Shown in pieces: positions 63,953 to 64,000 of a DNA stretch of 64,000 nt. Positions within the stretch are counted from its first letter, which is position 1. Each line of letters opens with the position of its first letter. Both the position numbers and the translations under genes were made by a program. The stretch is from contig NC_062576.1 of NCBI RefSeq assembly GCF_022837055.1, positions 18,286,144-18,350,143 on the forward strand, in the 5' to 3' direction. The DNA is from Prionailurus viverrinus. Taxonomy: Eukaryota. The notes under the pieces are model-generated. The model was not told the origin of the DNA. It did not search any database and saw only the letters and a program-made list of their open reading frames with translations.

Positions 63953-64000
63953 AGGCACACTTGGGGACCCGGTCGCTCCACTTGGGTGTGCCTGTGTCCC
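63953..64000 (-). CDS. SEZ6L2: SEZ6L2 coding exon, 3' part only (runs off window edge)
   Basis: minus: ...gac cgg gtc ccc aag tgt gcc t|GTgagt giving ...SDRVPKCA(L) in phase with the downstream sushi exon. Confidence 0.5.

Overview
This is not a prokaryotic window. It is a GC-rich, gene-dense mammalian segment. The interspersed repeats are about 22 copies of the carnivore tRNA-Lys-derived Can-SINE (head GGGGCGCCTGGGTGGCTCAGTCGGTTAAGCGTCCGACTTCAGCTCAGGTCATGATCTC..., (CT)n/A-rich tail), a minus-strand L1 fragment, MIR remnants and microsatellites, so the source is a carnivore (cat/dog-like) genome. Gene content and order match the core of the human 16p11.2 interval: the 3' two-thirds of KIF22 (+, 12 coding exons in window), MAZ (+, 5 canonical coding exons plus an alternative 5' exon and an alternative zinc-finger terminal exon), PRRT2 (+, 3 coding exons including an 11-nt terminal micro-exon), PAGR1 (+, 3 coding exons), MVP (+, 14 coding exons with a 7.8-kb repeat-filled intron), CDIPT (-, complete, 6 exons, 214 codons) and the last six coding exons of SEZ6L2 (-). 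Exon boundaries were set by hand from GT/AG sites, phase continuity and frame agreement with the supplied ORF track; the proteins are near-identical to my recollection of the human orthologues, with no database search run. The large GC-rich ORFs on both strands over the MAZ and PRRT2 CpG islands are compositional artefacts. There are no CRISPR arrays, rRNA or bacterial-type defence loci. Points worth a second look: MAZ alternative exons and a CCCTCCC-dense auto-regulatory-looking promoter; the human PRRT2 c.649dupC homopolymer hotspot is interrupted in this species; an ~800-nt CT-only tract in the PRRT2 3'UTR; a candidate MVP promoter and noncoding exon 1; abutting inverted SINE pairs in MVP introns; immediate in-frame TGA at every phase-2 GTGAG donor; and a large (GGAT)n array.
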